Assembly: GCA_964457935.1 (NCBI GenBank)
Contig: CAYWFC010000001.1
Location: 1-45,819, forward strand
Length of the DNA stretch: 45,819 nt
Source: an uncultured Lachnospiraceae bacterium
GTDB lineage: Bacteria; Bacillota; Clostridia; Christensenellales; UBA1242
Reading direction: 5' to 3'
Below, piece by piece: positions 1-7,084 of the stretch. Made by a program: the position numbers and the translations under genes. The notes under the pieces are model-generated. The model saw nothing but the letters and a program-made list of their open reading frames with translations, was not told the origin of the DNA and did not search any database. Position 1 is the stretch's first letter, and each line of letters opens with the position of its first letter.

Positions 1-223
1 CGTCATTTGCAGTTGCCGAGATTTTCTCGGTAACTGAATTTTCATCTAATTCATTGCTTTTGAAGATATTCTTCAAGTGTAATGAAATATTATCTGCCGA
101 ACAATCAAAAAGTTCTGCCATTGCTTTTTGCGTAAGCCAAATAGTTTCATCTTTTACAACGGCATTTACTTTAATATCTTCATTTGGTATAGCATATACC
201 AAAAATTGCAATTCTTTATTCAT
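1..223 (-). CDS. RhuM-family protein, N-terminal 74 codons only (CDS runs off the left window edge)
   Basis: It is absent from the ORF track because the window edge truncates it. The minus-strand ATG is at 223-221, preceded by AAAGGAAAG. The translation MNKELQFLVYAIPNEDIKVNAVVKDETIWLTQKAMAELFDCSADNISLHLKNIFKSNELDENSVTEKISATANDG matches the conserved RhuM N-terminus as I remember it (..ETVWLTQ.QMAELF....NISLHLKNIF..GEL.E.SV). Confidence 0.6.
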   Translation of the reverse strand, partial: MNKELQFLVYAIPNEDIKVNAVVKDETIWLTQKAMAELFDCSADNISLHLKNIFKSNELDENSVTEKISATAND

Positions 224-595
224 AAATTATCTTTCCTTTTTTAGTTTGTTCCAATATTTTCGAGTACTATCACAATGTTTATCGATTGGAGCACCGACGA
301 TATCCACAACCGAAAAAAGCCAATCTTTTTTTTAGCGTCCCACTCAGTTCTAACTTTTTTTATTTCCAAAAACTTTTATGTTGGACGTATATTTCTTTCT
401 GTCTATCTGCTTGATTGATTACTAGTCTACACTATTTACCTTGTGGTTATTAGTCTACTTTGCTCACTTTGTCTATTATTATCTGCAGGACTGATTGCCT
501 TACGTTTTGCTCTGCTGGCAGAGTCACATTTTGTGCTCTCAGCAATTCTTCTAGTTCTGAGACATCCTAACTTTTCTCCCATCTTAAGTGGTGAT

Positions 596-671
596 ATTTA
601 GAATAACTGATTTTTGTGTAGGTCAAAGACATTTAGAATAATTGATATTTGTATTAGAATAATTGCTTCTC
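596..671. repeat. Degenerate echoes of the nrnA 3' end
   Basis: ATTTAGAATAACTGAT (596), ATTTAGAATAATTGAT (631) and ATTAGAATAATTGCTT (652) form the series. The last copy is the true CDS end (TTA at 654-656 = TAA on the minus strand). Confidence 0.6.
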
Positions 672-1649
672 GTCTGGGTCAGAGGTGAGTTCGTCTGTCT
701 CTGTCCTGATGAATTCCAAGACTTGCTGTTCGAGGTCTCTGATCTCGCCTTCGTACTGGAAGGCAGCGACTGTAGCGCTACCACCTCCGCCGAAACGGCT
801 AGCGATGACGGACACGTCTACATCTGAGCCTTTGCCACGCAGGCTGGCGTAGATGAAGTTTGGTTCTTTTTCGATGAGGGATACTGATATCTTAACCCCA
901 TCTATAGCCATACCCTTATCCACCAGACCCATAGTATCCTCGAATGCGAGTCCATTTCGGTCGAGGTCATTGCGGGTAATCTTCATCATAGCCACAGTGT
1001 CGTTGTGGTGCAGTTTGATAGACCCGAGCGCCTTGGCTTCCAGTTTGGTCTTGCCGAGTGACTGGCTACCGAAGTAGTACTCTTTGATAAGGTTGGCGTT
1101 GAATTTATATGCCAGCAGATCACTCAGCACTTGGTGTGTCTTTTGCGTCATAGTGCTGGATGTGAAGCAATTCGTATCTGTCAAAATGCCCTGATAGAGC
1201 AATTTCGCTATATCTTTGTCAATGACTAGGTTAGACGCCTTAGCCAGCAGGTACACAAACTCGCACGTGCTGGACACCTCGGTCGAAGCCCAGTTGACTT
1301 CGGCAAACTTGGTGTTCGTGCCATGGTGGTCTATATTCACTGTGTGGGGGATTTTCTCCGCCAGCTCGCGGTATTTGCCTATGCGAGAGATATCTGGGCA
1401 GTCGAGTATGATAGCCAGGTCGTAGCTCGCGAATGGCGACGGATTCACCACATTGTCGCGCAATATAGGGGTATATAGATTGCCTATCTCGCCGTCAGTG
1501 AAGACGTCTACATATTTGTCATCAAAATTATTCCTAATTATTTCTTTTAGCGCTATGGATGAGCACAGCGCGTCTGCGTCTGGATTGACGTGTGAGAATA
1601 TTGCTATTTTTACAGATTCGTCTATTAGTTTCATTAAGTTATTAGCCAT
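654..1649 (-). CDS. nrnA: DHH/DHHA1 phosphoesterase, NrnA-type oligoribonuclease/pAp phosphatase
   Basis: The ORF is 331 aa. DHH motifs IFSHVNPDADALCS and NIDHHGTN are present, with a DHHA1 glycine motif FGGGGSATVAA. AAGGAG lies just upstream of the ATG. Confidence 0.85.
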   Translation of the reverse strand: MANNLMKLIDESVKIAIFSHVNPDADALCSSIALKEIIRNNFDDKYVDVFTDGEIGNLYTPILRDNVVNPSPFASYDLAIILDCPDISRIGKYRELAEKIPHTVNIDHHGTNTKFAEVNWASTEVSSTCEFVYLLAKASNLVIDKDIAKLLYQGILTDTNCFTSSTMTQKTHQVLSDLLAYKFNANLIKEYYFGSQSLGKTKLEAKALGSIKLHHNDTVAMMKITRNDLDRNGLAFEDTMGLVDKGMAIDGVKISVSLIEKEPNFIYASLRGKGSDVDVSVIASRFGGGGSATVAAFQYEGEIRDLEQQVLEFIRTETDELTSDPDEKQLF

Positions 1650-1670
1650 ATTATCTCCTTAACACTGACT

Positions 1671-1699
1671 ATTGTACCACATATTGCACATTTTGTCAA
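1671..1699 (-). promoter_or_regulatory. Sigma-70-type promoter for nrnA
   Basis: The minus strand reads TTGACA-17 nt-TACAAT, with TGg extending the -10. The SD and ATG at 1649 follow. Confidence 0.6.
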
Positions 1700-1846
1700 T
1701 AGGTGGCAAGCATTGATAAGGTGTGGGGTGGTAGTATTTGTGCGTGATAACGTGCTCAGGTGCAAAAGTCCTGTCCATTTTGCGCACAGTGTCTGAATAT
1801 GTGTGATACAAAAATCCACCACACATTCGTGGTGGATGTAGAGCGT

Positions 1847-2098
1847 ATTAGTGCTCATTCAGCAGTTAAGGTAGAACATATTAGTAATGCCCATTCAGCA
1901 GTTTGAAGATAAAGCAGATTTGTAATGCTCATTCAATAGTTAAGGTAGAGCAGATTTGTAATGCTCATTCAATAGTTAAGGTAGAGCAGATTTGTAATGC
2001 TCATTCAATAGTTAAGGTAGAGCAGATTTGTAATGTTCATTCAGCAATTAAGGTAGAGTGTCTTAATAATTCTCGTTCAGTAGTTTGAAGTATGCCTG
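1847..2098. repeat. 36-bp tandem repeat (~7 units) derived from the rubrerythrin 3' end
   Basis: The unit is ATTTGTAATGCTCATTCAATAGTTAAGGTAGAGCAG, with three identical central copies and diverged outer copies. The last unit is the real rbr C-terminal codons plus stop (TTAATAATTCTCGTTCAGTAGTTTGAAG). Confidence 0.9.
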
Positions 2099-2605
2099 TG
2101 GGTGCTCGCACACTGGGCACACAGCAGGGGCTTTCTTGCCGACGCAGATGTGTCCGCAATTCATACACTGCCACACGCAGTCGCCGTCCTTTGAGAACAC
2201 TAGGTCACCCTTGACATTGGCGAGCAATCTCTTGTAGCGCTCCTCGTGGGCTTTCTCTATCTTGCCCACCTCGTCGAAAAGATATGCTATCCTGTCGAAG
2301 CCTTCCTCGCGGGCGGTCTGAGCAAACTGTGCGTACATGTCTGTCCATTCGTAATTCTCGCCGTTCATGGCGTCCTCGAGATTGTCAATAGTGCTAGGCA
2401 CTGCTCCGCCATGCAGTAGTTTGAACCACATCTTGGCGTGCTCTTTTTCGTTATCCGCCGTCTCCAAGAATATCTCTGCTATCTGTTCGTAGCCGTCTTT
2501 GCGCGCTTTGGATGCGTAATATGTATATTTATTGCGCGCCTGCGACTCGCCAGCGAATGCTGTCATTAGATTTTGTTCTGTTTTTGTTCCTTTTAATTCT
2601 TTCAT
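2063..2605 (-). CDS. rbr: Rubrerythrin
   Basis: [42 protein letters not shown] is a diiron ferritin-like domain. A C-terminal rubredoxin-like CxxC...CPVC follows. The start is set at ATG 2605, after AAAGGAGAA; the track's longer ORF starts upstream at 2638. Confidence 0.9.
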   Translation of the reverse strand: MKELKGTKTEQNLMTAFAGESQARNKYTYYASKARKDGYEQIAEIFLETADNEKEHAKMWFKLLHGGAVPSTIDNLEDAMNGENYEWTDMYAQFAQTAREEGFDRIAYLFDEVGKIEKAHEERYKRLLANVKGDLVFSKDGDCVWQCMNCGHICVGKKAPAVCPVCEHPQAYFKLLNENY

Positions 2606-2657
2606 TGTTTTCTCCTTTTGACAGAGATATTGTACCAAATTTTCGGCGCCGAGGCAA

Positions 2658-3269
2658 TCAATATACCAGTATTATAAGAAAATTCTTTAGTACGCACATA
2701 GTGATCGCCTCTGCCAGCACGCAAAACGCGAACAGCGCGAAGATATTGACCGTACAGTACGACCGATGCATACATTCGCGGAAATATCTCCCACTCTGCG
2801 CGCAAATATCGAGACTATTCACCGTCAGCCAGCAGAAAAGCGCAATGTACGCCACCGAGAACGCCAGCAAGCACAGAAACAATATGAGCGAATTGATGAA
2901 GCCATAGCACAGTAGCAGGCTGACTATAGTGATAATCCTAGCATATATGTAATACATCAAGAATACCACCCCGAGCGGTCTGCACCACACCGAGCCAAAA
3001 GTCACGAACACCACTCCCACGAATAGCGCAGTGGAGAGTAGATTGGACGCAAGCATCATGGCGAAATTGGTGCTACCTTTGAGATAATTTAGGAATGCGA
3101 CATTGGAGAAACTGACAGGCAGTACGCCGTTGTAAAACTTGATAGCCGATATCAGCCCAGTGAATGCCGACACCGCGACTATAAACAACGCAAAACACAG
3201 CCACGCCTTGTGCCTAGCCCACGCCGAACCTAGCCTGTATGTATTCGCCTTGATATCAAATCTTCTCAT
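2658..3269 (-). CDS. Polytopic membrane protein, function unknown
   Basis: The ORF is 203 aa and strongly hydrophobic, with about 5-6 predicted TM segments. There is no SD. The minus-strand TATATT box sits 6 nt before the ATG at 3269, so the mRNA may be leaderless. Confidence 0.6.
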   Translation of the reverse strand: MRRFDIKANTYRLGSAWARHKAWLCFALFIVAVSAFTGLISAIKFYNGVLPVSFSNVAFLNYLKGSTNFAMMLASNLLSTALFVGVVFVTFGSVWCRPLGVVFLMYYIYARIITIVSLLLCYGFINSLILFLCLLAFSVAYIALFCWLTVNSLDICAQSGRYFRECMHRSYCTVNIFALFAFCVLAEAITMCVLKNFLIILVY

Positions 3270-3492
3270 CAATACAATATATGTCGCATTTTGACTAAAT
3301 AGAAATATTTCGTATACATCTATCGGCTAAATGGGAATATTTTTGCATTTATATAATGTACATCACTTTTTGATTAGACGATATACATATATTATCGTTT
3401 TGACTAATTTTGACTGTACGATATACATATACTACCTTTGACTAAATAGAAATAATACTCGCTGACCGTCAAAATATTGGACAATCACGCAC

Positions 3493-3582
3493 ATTTAGGA
3501 TATAATATATAGGTGATTTATGTTCGCGAGGGGGATTAGATATCCACTTTGCATTAGGGATATAATATATAGGTGATTTATG
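3493..3582 (+). repeat. 60-bp direct duplication of the promoter -10/SD/ATG of the SDR gene
   Basis: ATTTAGGATATAATATATAGGTGATTTATG (3493-3522) and ATTAGGGATATAATATATAGGTGATTTATG (3553-3582) are near-identical. The second ATG (3580) is the real start. Confidence 0.85.
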
Positions 3583-4311
3583 AGAAAAACAGTACTTATT
3601 ACGGGCGCATCGCGTGGCATAGGCAGAGCGATAGCGGTGAAATTCGCGCAACATGACTACAATGTGGTCATCAATTACTGCCATTCGCGCGAGAGTGCCG
3701 AGAGATTGGCTGACGTACTGCGTGAGCAAAATCCTAACATTATGACAGTGTGTGCTGACGTGTCAGATGTGGTACAGGTGGAGAAAATGCGCGCCGACAT
3801 CGCTGAGCGCTTCGGCGGTGTGGATGTGCTGGTCAACAATGCTGGCGTGTCGCTCGAGAAACTGCTGATAGACACCACTGCTGACGAATGGAATGCAATA
3901 TTGTCCACCAATCTCACATCAGTGTACCACACCACTCACACTTTTTGCCCACATATGATTAGTCAAAAATATGGCAAGATAGTCAACGTGTCGTCCATTT
4001 GGGGCGAGCGCGGTGCGAGTGTGGAGGTGGCATATAGCGCGAGCAAAGGCGGAGTGATAGCATTCACCCGAGCACTGGCGAAAGAACTAGCCCCTAGCCA
4101 CGTGAACGTGAACTGCGTCTGCCCGGGCGTGATAGACACAGATATGCTAAATGCGTATACCGATGACGAGAAAGCCGACCTGGTCGCTCGCACGCCGTTG
4201 GGGAGACTAGGCACACCAAAAGACATCGCCGACGCAGTGTATTTTTTGGCAAGCGACGAAGCAAATTTCATCAGCGGTCAAGTACTGACAGTGGATGGAT
4301 TGTTTGAATAA
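3580..4311 (+). CDS. SDR-family oxidoreductase (3-oxoacyl-ACP reductase FabG-like)
   Basis: Motifs are TGASRGIGRAIA (cofactor binding), NNAG, and the YSASKGG catalytic Y-x3-K. Length is 243 aa. The SD is AGGTGA. Confidence 0.9.
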   Translation: MRKTVLITGASRGIGRAIAVKFAQHDYNVVINYCHSRESAERLADVLREQNPNIMTVCADVSDVVQVEKMRADIAERFGGVDVLVNNAGVSLEKLLIDTTADEWNAILSTNLTSVYHTTHTFCPHMISQKYGKIVNVSSIWGERGASVEVAYSASKGGVIAFTRALAKELAPSHVNVNCVCPGVIDTDMLNAYTDDEKADLVARTPLGRLGTPKDIADAVYFLASDEANFISGQVLTVDGLFE

Positions 4312-4448
4312 ATAATAATTTCATCAACTGACAAATATAAAGTATTAGAATAAATAAAAGTTTTATCAGTGGACAAGTATGGAGTATTAGAATAAATAAA
4401 AATTTTATCAGCAGGCAAGTATGGATTGTTTGGATAAATATATAAAAA
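4267..4448. repeat. ~42-bp echoes (3 copies) of the SDR gene 3' end including its stop
   Basis: The CDS end is TCATCAGCGGTCAAGTACTGACAGTGGATGGATTGTTTGAATAAATA. It is followed by TCATCAACTGACAAATATAAAGTATTAGAATAAATA, then TTATCAGTGGACAAGTATGGAGTATTAGAATAAATA, then TTATCAGCAGGCAAGTATGGATTGTTTGGATAAATA. Confidence 0.8.
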
Positions 4449-4774
4449 ATAAAATTATATTTAGATAATTTTCTGAAAAATTTAATAATTTTCAAAAAAA
4501 TGCGAAAAAAATCCAAAAAATGCAAAAAAAGTAGAAAAAATAGCAAAAAATTCATATTTTTTATCATTTTTGACTATTTTAACGAAAAATGCGATTGACA
4601 ATTTTTACCATATATGTTATCATTCCGATGACGCTAGAATAAATATGTGCTAGAAAATAACAATATTTTTTTAGATAGTTTTGTATCATCTTCGCCAGCA
4701 GTGAGTGCAATATGGTGGACATATGATTGCCTCATGAGAAGAATAACTAACGCAACAAATAAAACTATCGCAAC

Positions 4775-4809
4775 AAAAAATCCTATGATATAGCTCATAG
4801 GATTTTTTT
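4775..4809. terminator. Bidirectional rho-independent terminator
   Basis: The sequence is AAAAAA-TCCTATGA-tatagc-TCATAGGA-TTTTTTT. It lies immediately 3' of the minus-strand CDS ending at 4812. Confidence 0.7.
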
Positions 4810-4811
4810 GA

Positions 4812-5240
4812 TTACATCTCCTCCAAGTCCAAGTCGTACTGGATATTCCATTCGCCTACCAAGAATGTGGCGATCAGGAATAACGAAATACTACCAGACA
4901 GAGCCATCATTACTTCGTACATACCTACGACGTCAGCAGGCATACGACCTGTGCCAGCCAGCACGAAGTAAAGCACGACAGCCATAGCGACAGCGCTCAG
5001 TACTAGGCAGTACATAATGATGCCGGCGATGAATTTGCTACCTTTGGTGATAGTGCAAATGATGTCCAGCACCAGCACGCCGATAGCCACTGCTATCCAC
5101 ACGTAGTAGATGATCATAGCCCACATAGGCACGTCGAAACTAGCCACTGCCCACGCGAATAATCCGCACAGCGCGAATGCTATGCCCAGCAACGCGTAGT
5201 ATGTCATATTGGTCAGCACTCTCTTTTCTCTGATATCCAT
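4812..5240 (-). CDS. Small integral membrane protein (4 TM), function unknown
   Basis: The ORF is 142 aa and hydrophobic. A GGAGG SD precedes the ATG at 5240. Confidence 0.7.
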   Translation of the reverse strand: MDIREKRVLTNMTYYALLGIAFALCGLFAWAVASFDVPMWAMIIYYVWIAVAIGVLVLDIICTITKGSKFIAGIIMYCLVLSAVAMAVVLYFVLAGTGRMPADVVGMYEVMMALSGSISLFLIATFLVGEWNIQYDLDLEEM

Positions 5241-5375
5241 AAAACCTCCTATAAGTGTTAGTGCTAGTTTGACCCAATGTGGAGAAAATTATACGCAAAA
5301 ATTGCTATTTGGCGGTGGCAATGTGCTGTGTGGGCAGGAAAAATAAAAAAAATTAAAATATTTTTCTCTAAATTA

Positions 5376-5404
5376 TTGACAAATGTCGCAGTTTTGTGTA
5401 ATAT
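5376..5404 (+). promoter_or_regulatory. Promoter of the tRNA pair
   Basis: TTGACA (5376-5381), a 17-nt spacer, then TAATAT (5399-5404). It ends about 10 nt upstream of the first tRNA. Confidence 0.6.
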
Positions 5405-5413
5405 ATGCAGTGT

Positions 5414-5490
5414 GGCGGTGTGGCTTAGGTGGTTAGAGCGAACGATTCATACTCGTTAGGTCATAGGTTCGAGTCCTATCACCGCTACCA
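5414..5490 (+). tRNA. tRNA-Met (anticodon CAT), elongator-like; an Ile2/lysidine identity cannot be excluded
   Basis: I folded the cloverleaf by hand. The acceptor is GGCGGTG/CACCGCT, the D arm GCTT-AGGTGGTTA-GAGC, the anticodon arm AACGA-TTCATAC-TCGTT and the T arm ATAGG-TTCGAGT-CCTAT. The discriminator is A and CCA is encoded. Length is 77 nt. Confidence 0.9.
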
Positions 5491-5525
5491 ATTTAATAAT
5501 CCCGCGGTACTCCCGCGTCCGATAT

Positions 5526-5600
5526 GGTCCCATGGTCAAGCGGTTAAGACACCGCCCTTTCACGGCGGTATCAGGGGTTCGATTCCCCTTGGGACTACCA
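5526..5600 (+). tRNA. tRNA-Glu (anticodon TTC)
   Basis: GGTCCCATGGTCAAGCGGTTAAGACACCGCCCTTTCACGGCGGTATCAGGGGTTCGATTCCCCTTGGGACTACCA closely resembles bacterial tRNA-Glu. The anticodon loop is CTTTCAC and CCA is encoded. Confidence 0.92.
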
Positions 5601-5636
5601 AAAAAAGTCGTATCTAGTGTGATACGACTTTTTTTT
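5601..5636. terminator. Rho-independent terminator after the tRNAs (bidirectional shape)
   Basis: AAAAAA-GTCGTATC-tagtgt-GATACGAC-TTTTTTTT. Confidence 0.8.
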
Positions 5637-5682
5637 CGAGTCACAGGCATGAGTGTTACCGCCTGAAACAAGGTACTAAGTA

Positions 5683-5904
5683 TTAGTCCATTTCTCTAGT
5701 ATTATCTTCCATCGAGTCTATGAGGCGCTCCATTATAGTGCGACCTTTAGTGTACTTTTGCCATTTGTAAGTGTTTTCTTTAGAAGTAAACATATCACTT
5801 TCTTCGATATAATCACCTATAGTCTTGCCTTCATAATCTTTTAGCGTCTCGTCTGTAGTTTGTCCGAGTTCTTTATTTGCATTCTTGTATTCTTCATTAT
5901 TCAT
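5683..5904 (-). CDS. Small acidic hypothetical protein (73 aa)
   Basis: The start is set at MNNEEYKN (ATG 5904), preceded by AAAGGAGAA. The gene has its own promoter and operator (next feature). I recognise no family. Confidence 0.55.
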   Translation of the reverse strand: MNNEEYKNANKELGQTTDETLKDYEGKTIGDYIEESDMFTSKENTYKWQKYTKGRTIMERLIDSMEDNTREMD

Positions 5905-5941
5905 AACATTCTCCTTTTTTTGAAAATGACGCACATCACTT

Positions 5942-5984
5942 ATGTGATCACATATAGTATATCATATACATTCACCAAAGTCAA
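5942..5984 (-). promoter_or_regulatory. Promoter plus palindromic operator for the 73-aa gene
   Basis: The minus strand reads TTGACT-17 nt-TATACT. A perfect 12-bp palindrome ATGTGATCACAT (5942-5953) follows immediately. Confidence 0.55.
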
Positions 5985-6001
5985 GAGTAAATTCCCATTA
6001 C

Positions 6002-6247
6002 TCAATATGTGCCTTCTAAGTCGACATCGCGAAATAAGTCATCGTCAAAGAAATCATACAGAGTGATATTCAGTGCTTGGCACAAATCCAGTATAGTCCT
6101 AGTGCCGGGATTTTTGCTCTTGCCATAAAATATACTCTTCAGCGACCCAGCGGGCATACCTGCTAGTGTAGCAAGTTTGTTCGGAGTGATATCTCGTTCA
6201 TCACATAGTGCATATATCCGCTGGGTAATAGCAGTCTCTAATCTCAT
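6002..6247 (-). CDS. XRE-family helix-turn-helix transcriptional regulator (81 aa)
   Basis: ITPNKLATLAGMPAGSLKSIFYGKSKNPGTRTILDLCQALNITLYDFF has the HTH_3/XRE pattern. It is a paralogue of the CDS at 37669-37911. Confidence 0.85.
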   Translation of the reverse strand: MRLETAITQRIYALCDERDITPNKLATLAGMPAGSLKSIFYGKSKNPGTRTILDLCQALNITLYDFFDDDLFRDVDLEGTY

Positions 6248-6529
6248 AATAAATTATTTCCCCAAAGTTATAACTTCTATTAATTTATCAAATAAACTTG
6301 CAAATTGTGGGAGATATATCTTCTATGTGGCATTATAACACAATGTTTGTGTACAATACAGGAAATATTTATATGATGAGTAGTGGTGATGTTCTGATGC
6401 AAGTATGCGATTGGTGAAAATGTGATTGGTGAAAATTTGGGGATGAAATTGTTTGGAAAAAACATCTCGGGATGATATACTATTGTAAAGCGACAAGGTG
6501 GCTTTTCATATATATACTAAGGAGGAAAT

Positions 6530-7084
6530 ATGGCTGATTACAAAAATGCGCGAGCAAAGAAGACCACGACCAAGGCGCAACCTGTAGAGATAACAGTAGA
6601 CAAAAAGACGCAAAAGAAGATAAAGAAGTCGCCAGTGGCGATATGTCTGATAGTGTGTCTGATAGCGGGTGCTGTGTTAGGGGTGTTTTTGACCCAGCGT
6701 TATGCTATATTTGAATTCAATGACTACTACGTGAACGGAGTGGCGTCGGCGGAGCAGGACTACATAGAGATAGACCTATCAGCACAGAAATCCACGCTAG
6801 AGCAAGCGAGTGATGACCCTGTCTCACTAGACGACATAGTGAGCGCCATCACGCTGTCGGACGGTGGTGTGGATGTGACCATATTCGGCAAGGACATGTC
6901 AGACACTGTGACGGTGGCGATGTATTACCGAGAGGACATATCGCACGACATAGTGGCTGTGGACGCGATAGATTTGGCTGTGGCAGGGATATATTATATA
7001 GAATACACCTCCAGTCATTTCCTATTCGCTGGCACAAAACTAATCAGGACTATTATAGTAATGGGGGTAGAGATAGATGGCTAA
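6530..7084 (+). CDS. Membrane-anchored extracytoplasmic protein, function unknown
   Basis: The SD is a strong AAGGAGG. The protein has a Lys-rich N-terminus, one TM segment (VAICLIVCLIAGAVLGVFL) and a ~120-aa beta-rich ectodomain. Its stop overlaps the next gene's start by 8 nt. Confidence 0.7.
   Translation: MADYKNARAKKTTTKAQPVEITVDKKTQKKIKKSPVAICLIVCLIAGAVLGVFLTQRYAIFEFNDYYVNGVASAEQDYIEIDLSAQKSTLEQASDDPVSLDDIVSAITLSDGGVDVTIFGKDMSDTVTVAMYYREDISHDIVAVDAIDLAVAGIYYIEYTSSHFLFAGTKLIRTIIVMGVEIDG

Noticed and set aside
436-582. 48-codon minus-strand ORF MGEKLGCLRTRRIAES... as a small HTH regulator or its pseudogene
   Set aside because: Only the first ~12 residues resemble an XRE start. There is no SD, and the remainder is Arg/Ser-rich with no HTH pattern. 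It is noted but not called.
1903-2088. 61-aa ORF with repeated KVEQICNAHSIV peptide units
   Set aside because: It is simply a reading frame through the 36-bp tandem repeat downstream of rbr. It has no SD and is a low-information repeat translation.
1847-2098. Possible CRISPR array (regular direct repeats)
   Set aside because: The units are contiguous, with no unique spacers, and they decay in sequence. They are homologous to the adjacent gene's 3' end, and no cas genes are in the window. The same reasoning applies to the arrays at 4267-4448, 12886-13178 and 16621-16785.
4271-4567. 98-aa minus-strand ORF (F/L/I/K-rich)
   Set aside because: It lies entirely in the echo repeats and poly-A/T intergenic tract. 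Its composition is low-complexity, and no SD is present.
5429-5671. ORFs of 62 and 71 aa overlapping the tRNA genes
   Set aside because: They coincide with the two well-folded tRNAs and their terminator, so they are non-coding.
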